From contig CAZYIM010000012.1 of assembly GCA_964647565.1 (NCBI GenBank), positions 1 through 22,399 of the forward strand: a stretch of 22,399 nucleotides of DNA. The letters run 5' to 3'. The notes beneath the pieces were generated by a model. The model was not told the origin of the DNA and did not search any database. It was given only the letters and a program-made list of their open reading frames with translations. Positions 18,049-22,399 of the stretch are shown here, piece by piece. Position 1 is the first letter of the stretch, and each line of letters opens with the position of its first letter. This stretch comes from an uncultured Methanosarcinales archaeon (GTDB lineage Archaea; Nanobdellota; Nanobdellia; Woesearchaeales; CAZYIM01). Position numbers and translations under genes: made by a program.

Positions 18049-19203
18049 CTATCGTTGGATAAGTTCTTTAATGGTTTTTGTATCAATCTTAGACAGAAGA
18101 TCTCGGCGAAGCTTTCTAGTATTGATCACAATTCCTGAAGCACAAGTTTTACAGTAGTCAGGTAAAGTACCCCTTATCATTCTCCTTCTCACCCGATTAA
18201 AGTAATCCCCAAACCAAACTTCTTTAAGAGATTTCTTGTGAAGTCTTGGAGCATAGTCCTGGAAATTATTCAATCGACACTCAACTACATGCCCTGATGC
18301 TCGTATCTCAAGATTAAGCCAAGGTTCAAAGCAGGGTGCAGACAGCAAGGTCTTTGCATATTTTCCCCGTTCAGTTATATCTTCCACCAAAACTTGATCC
18401 ATATCTTCCTTGTCAATGAACCTGCCCTCATTTAAGCTTTCAAGATTGGTTGACACCCCTAATGTTCTGGCTAGTTTGATGGCTTCAGGCAACAGGGCTT
18501 GGAATTCCTTCTTTTGTTTCTGATTCAGTTTCAGTTTAGCCCCTTCAACTGACCAGACATTAAGAGGTTCAAAACATACCCCGCAGGTCTTCAGATCCGC
18601 ACCCCATTTTACCAGCTCACCCACTCGGTTGTAATTTCTGTTAGTCAGGACAGTATGGAAACTGTATATAGGTTGTTTTTTGCGAAGTTTCTTCTTCCAA
18701 TAAGCAAAAAGTCTCATAGCCTCTACACTCTTGTCAAAGCTTCCATCAACTCCAGTCAGATGATCATGGACCTCTGCGTTTGAGCCTTCCAGGCTAAAAA
18801 GGATCTGGTCCCAGCCTATCCTTACTAATTCTTCAATATATTCTGGCTTAAATAAAGTACCATTTGTTGTTAGACAGCCATACATATTATATTTCTTTAT
18901 CAACCGCATAAGTTCCATCATGAATGCAGGTCTTATCATAGGTTCCCAGCCACCAGCTATCTGCCATTCCAATACCCCCATCTTACCAGCCTCATGAACA
19001 AGTTTAATGAGTCTCTCTTCCTTTAAGGCTCTGCTATAATTGGTCAATCCTATTCTGTATGGATCTCTCTGCCAACAGAACTTACATTTTAAGTTACACC
19101 CAAAAGTAGGTTCTAGATCAATCCGAATAGGTGGTGCTTCACATCCAGATGCCCAAATAGCCAATCTTCTAATCTTCTCCTGTTCGATTTTATTCCCCAA
19201 CAC
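18049..19203 (-). CDS. Radical SAM protein with Twitch domain (GTG start)
   Basis: RRLAIWASG..PP, CNLKCKFC, GGWEP, TTNG, GWDQILFSLEG; C-X17-C-X41-CxxC. Confidence 0.92.
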   Translation of the reverse strand: MLGNKIEQEKIRRLAIWASGCEAPPIRIDLEPTFGCNLKCKFCWQRDPYRIGLTNYSRALKEERLIKLVHEAGKMGVLEWQIAGGWEPMIRPAFMMELMRLIKKYNMYGCLTTNGTLFKPEYIEELVRIGWDQILFSLEGSNAEVHDHLTGVDGSFDKSVEAMRLFAYWKKKLRKKQPIYSFHTVLTNRNYNRVGELVKWGADLKTCGVCFEPLNVWSVEGAKLKLNQKQKKEFQALLPEAIKLARTLGVSTNLESLNEGRFIDKEDMDQVLVEDITERGKYAKTLLSAPCFEPWLNLEIRASGHVVECRLNNFQDYAPRLHKKSLKEVWFGDYFNRVRRRMIRGTLPDYCKTCASGIVINTRKLRRDLLSKIDTKTIKELIQR

Positions 19204-19225
19204 AAAATAAAGAGGATAATCACGA

Positions 19226-19300
19226 ATATAAAAAGTTTGCTGAAGTTGCTAGCCCGAATATTTAAGTAAATTATTTAAACGGTCTAAACATGAATCACTA
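19226..19300. promoter_or_regulatory. Divergent promoter region with TATA-like boxes
   Basis: TTTTATAT on the minus strand (19233-19226) lies 23-30 nt upstream of GTG 19203. ATTTAAAC on the plus strand (19273-19280) lies upstream of ATG 19327. Confidence 0.45.
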
Positions 19301-19326
19301 AGGGGTAATGGATTTATACATAAAAA

Positions 19327-20619
19327 ATGAAAATAAAAGATAAGTTAATAATTATATCTGTTTCATCAATATGCATCATCCTTGTTTTCATATTGCTTTA
19401 TTTCTTAGTTACCGAACAAAGATTAGAAAATAATCAAAAGGTAGTTCTAATAGGCATAGATGGCCTTGAATGGGATGTAATCTATCCCCTGATCGAGAAG
19501 GGTGAACTACTAAATATCAAACGATTAATGGACGATGGGATCTATGGTAACTTGACATCGATAATACCCTCTAAATCACCTGTTGTATGGACTACTATTG
19601 CCACTGGAAGAACTCCTGCAGACCACGGAATAACTGACTATCTTATTAATAACGAAACTGCTTCTTCAAAACATAGGAAAGTTGATGCCATTTGGAATAT
19701 TCTGAACCGTGATGGCTATTCTACGGGTATTGTGGGATATTATTCTACCTGGCCCGTTGAAAAGGTTGCTGGATATATGATCAGCGATAGATTTCGAATA
19801 ATGATTGAAAAAAAACAAGAAGATAAAAAGGATTTTGAATCTTATTCTATTGCAAATAACAAAGGATTAGCCTATCCTTTCAGTCTTATGAACAAGTATA
19901 TTCAAAATATAGCTAAAAAAGGATTTCTTTCAGAAAATAACAATATAGAAATCAAAGATGATGATTCTTATGACAAAGCATTAACAGACATATACTTCAG
20001 TGCATACAGAGCTGATAGAATAAATATGGATATAGCCAAATATCTTCTTATTAATGAACCACAGCCTGATTTATTCATGGTTTATCTTCCGGGAATAGAT
20101 TGGATATCACATTATTTCTGGAGATTTTATCAACCCGAAATAAATTATACCCATTTCCCCACTCCTGTTACAAAACAGGAAAAGGAAAGGTTTGGCGAAA
20201 TAATTCTTGATTACTATAAAGTTATAGACGGAATTATTGGACACTTACAAACCCTGGTTGAAGAAGATACCACCATCATAGTCATATCAGACCACGGATT
20301 CCAGGCATTACCCTGGCTACTTAATAATAATTCTTATTATATATCTGGTCTGCATAAGCATCAGGGTGTTTTTATTGCTCACGGACCAACGATTAGAACT
20401 GTGGGAGAGATAAATGACATAAGCGTATATGATATCACCCCATTAATATTGTACATTAAGGGGCTTCCTCCCGGTAAAAAGATGATTCGTGAATTTCCAG
20501 AAGAGATTATTAAAGGGGCGTATAGAATGAAGGAGCAAAATGGTTTAAACCAGGAAGGGACAAGGGATACGTCCAATTCATATAGGGCAAAACTTAAATC
20601 TCTGAGATATGTAAAATAA
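19327..20619 (+). CDS. Membrane-anchored alkaline phosphatase superfamily protein (type I phosphodiesterase/nucleotide pyrophosphatase-like)
   Basis: N-terminal TM helix, IGIDG, PSKSPVVWTTIATG (Ser at the nucleophile position), DWISH, SDHGF, GLH..QG, and C-terminal KLKSLRY. Confidence 0.87.
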   Translation: MKIKDKLIIISVSSICIILVFILLYFLVTEQRLENNQKVVLIGIDGLEWDVIYPLIEKGELLNIKRLMDDGIYGNLTSIIPSKSPVVWTTIATGRTPADHGITDYLINNETASSKHRKVDAIWNILNRDGYSTGIVGYYSTWPVEKVAGYMISDRFRIMIEKKQEDKKDFESYSIANNKGLAYPFSLMNKYIQNIAKKGFLSENNNIEIKDDDSYDKALTDIYFSAYRADRINMDIAKYLLINEPQPDLFMVYLPGIDWISHYFWRFYQPEINYTHFPTPVTKQEKERFGEIILDYYKVIDGIIGHLQTLVEEDTTIIVISDHGFQALPWLLNNNSYYISGLHKHQGVFIAHGPTIRTVGEINDISVYDITPLILYIKGLPPGKKMIREFPEEIIKGAYRMKEQNGLNQEGTRDTSNSYRAKLKSLRYVK

Positions 20620-20620
20620 A

Positions 20621-21220
20621 ATGAAAAACAAAATAAATCTTTCATTACTCTTGTTTCTCTCTATTTTAATCATTAGCTCTTGTACACCATCTTCAAATAA
20701 AATAAATCGAATTGAAGATTTAGGATTATCATTTGAAGGGATAGAAGATTTTGTGATAAAGGATCAATATGTTGAATTGAATAATCAAAACGAATACAAA
20801 AAGATAATAGCTGAAAAAGGAAATCTTAGTATTAGGATTGAAACAACTCATTTCAACAGCAGTACAGAGGCTACAAACTATATCAACAACAGAATAAATA
20901 TGTTTGAATCAATATTCTATCCAGCATCCTCCCCGTATCCAGGAGATGTCAGTCGAGTAATTGACTGTCCTGAGGAATTCAAGCCAAAAAAAGGTACTGC
21001 CCAGAATAACAATATTGAGTTTGTCTATTATGCAACTTATGGGACCGAAAGAAGAGGATATGGATCTTGTTCTTGGGATAATGTCCATTACAAAAGCGTA
21101 ATAGCATTTATTCATTGTAATTCAAGCAACAAAATATTTCAGTTTGAAATATTTATACCCGTTAATGACAAAACAGGTATGATGGAGAAAATAATTAATT
21201 CAATAACATGTACAAAATAG
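20621..21220 (+). CDS. Hypothetical lipoprotein
   Basis: Signal peptide ending LIISS-C21; starts 1 nt after the upstream stop; four further Cys. No recognised domain. Confidence 0.8.
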   Translation: MKNKINLSLLLFLSILIISSCTPSSNKINRIEDLGLSFEGIEDFVIKDQYVELNNQNEYKKIIAEKGNLSIRIETTHFNSSTEATNYINNRINMFESIFYPASSPYPGDVSRVIDCPEEFKPKKGTAQNNNIEFVYYATYGTERRGYGSCSWDNVHYKSVIAFIHCNSSNKIFQFEIFIPVNDKTGMMEKIINSITCTK

Positions 21221-21263
21221 TTCAATAATTCATAAAAAGCGATATTAACAATCAGAAAAAAAT

Positions 21264-22399
21264 ATGAAAAACAGCAAAATAAGGTTCATATCAGGGATAT
21301 TTGTTATAGTTTTGATATTAACGGGTTGCCAAATAGAAACGAATCCAGTTAGCAACAAATGGATCATACTTCCTAATGACTTCAAATGCTCCGAATGTAA
21401 TATTATCTTCATCACTGCTGATGCCTTAAGAGCAGATCATCTAGGATCCTATGGATATCCATTAAATACAACACCATCCATAGATACATTTGCCCAAGAC
21501 TCGGTAATTTTCACAAATTCTGTCAGTCAATCAGGAACAACATTATGGTCTCTTCCTTCGTTATTTAAATCTATTCTACCAACAGAGATAGATTCAAGAT
21601 CATCTTCAAAAAGCTTTGTGGAGATTCTACAAGAAAAAGGCTATTACACAGCTGCAATCCTGGGTCACGAGTATTACAAGAAGGTTTTTTATGAAGTAAA
21701 AGGCTTTGACTTCGAGGATGATAATTCCCCAATAAAACGAAATGCAACTATATTGACCAATTCAGTGATTGGTTGGCTTAATGATACACCTAAACCGCCT
21801 TTCTTCCTGTGGGTGCATTATCTCGAGCCACATATGCCATACAAGCCTCCTAAGAGTTTCTTTGAAAAATTCTACAATAAAAGTCATGACGAATTAACTT
21901 TCTTGGATGTCAGTCCCTGCGGAATGTGTATAGAGAATTTTACCCGGGCTCATGATATACTAAAAGAAAACCTAACCGAAGTTGAGTATCAGGTTTATGG
22001 TAAAAAAGTAGGTCTTACTGATCGTGAACTGGCCCAAATAAAGGCGTTGTATGATGCCAACATTTATTACTTAGACATGAATTTGGGTCGTCTTTTTAAG
22101 TATCTTAAAGCATCGGGTTTATTGGAAAATACAATAATTATTTTCAGTTCGGATCATGCTGAAATGATGGGTGAAAAAAAAATTATCGATCATAATGAAC
22201 TTTACTATGACGGAATACATGTTCCCTTGATAATAAGACATCCTAAATTAGGAAAAAAAATAATTGATAACCCCGTATCTTTATTAAACATCTACCCCAC
22301 CATTCTCGAAATTGCAGATATTGAATATGACCCTTCACTAATAAAGGGACGAAGTTTATTTCTGAATACAAAGAATATTCAGATTGCAACATATCATCC
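21264..22399 (+). CDS. Sulfatase-like alkaline phosphatase superfamily lipoprotein (3'-truncated; absent from ORF track)
   Basis: Manual translation from ATG 21264: MKNSKIRFISGIFVIVLILTGC...CSECNIIFITADALRADHLGSYGY..NTTPSID...SQSGTTLWSLPSLF...PFFLWVHYLEPHMPY...LYDANI..LD...SSDHAE...HVPLII...GRSL; open to the window end. Confidence 0.9.
   Translation, partial: MKNSKIRFISGIFVIVLILTGCQIETNPVSNKWIILPNDFKCSECNIIFITADALRADHLGSYGYPLNTTPSIDTFAQDSVIFTNSVSQSGTTLWSLPSLFKSILPTEIDSRSSSKSFVEILQEKGYYTAAILGHEYYKKVFYEVKGFDFEDDNSPIKRNATILTNSVIGWLNDTPKPPFFLWVHYLEPHMPYKPPKSFFEKFYNKSHDELTFLDVSPCGMCIENFTRAHDILKENLTEVEYQVYGKKVGLTDRELAQIKALYDANIYYLDMNLGRLFKYLKASGLLENTIIIFSSDHAEMMGEKKIIDHNELYYDGIHVPLIIRHPKLGKKIIDNPVSLLNIYPTILEIADIEYDPSLIKGRSLFLNTKNIQIATYH

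Noticed and set aside
19301..19343. AGGGGT followed by an out-of-frame ATG (MDLYIKNENKR*) across an A6 run, a possible frameshifted start
   Set aside because: The SD-ATG spacing is too short, and ATG 19327 already gives a complete signal anchor.
135..21115. Short ORFs in the track (e.g. 135-389, 579-773, 5117-5560, 7921-8403, 9200-9676, 12194-12574, 15583-15957, 16824-17018)
   Set aside because: They are antisense or off-frame shadows overlapping well-supported genes and carry no motifs.
1..22399. RiPP cluster interpretation of the many rSAM/SPASM-like genes
   Set aside because: No precursor-like small ORF in any intergenic gap (all under 150 nt), no PqqD/RRE domain, peptidase or ABC exporter, and Twitch-type Cys counts. 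A precursor outside the window cannot be excluded.
19327..22399. rSAMs as anaerobic sulfatase-maturating enzymes (anSME)
   Set aside because: Neither AlkP-superfamily protein has a (C/S)xPxR motif, and the Twitch paralogs lack the two-cluster anSME Cys pattern.

Overview
An AT-rich, gene-dense accessory locus of 18 CDS (two cut by the window edges) with no RNA genes, mobile elements or CRISPR. Ten genes encode radical SAM (rSAM) enzymes: six paralogs of one Twitch-type family, one Cys-rich SPASM-like enzyme and three cobalamin-binding rSAMs. They are interleaved with membrane or exported enzymes: two ArnT/PMT-like GT-C glycosyltransferases, two membrane-anchored SGNH proteins, two alkaline-phosphatase-superfamily enzymes (one sulfatase-like with Thr in place of the formylglycine motif), a GH113-like lipoprotein and an unknown lipoprotein. 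From 10898 down to 1, every second gene is a Twitch paralog. No RiPP precursor or Cys/Ser-type sulfatase substrate is visible. The best-supported hypothesis (inference) is an uncharacterised radical-chemistry pathway that tailors a surface glycan or glycolipid. TATA-like boxes upstream of the starts hint at an archaeal, possibly DPANN-like, host, but the window cannot prove this. Family calls come from motif recognition by eye; no database search was run.
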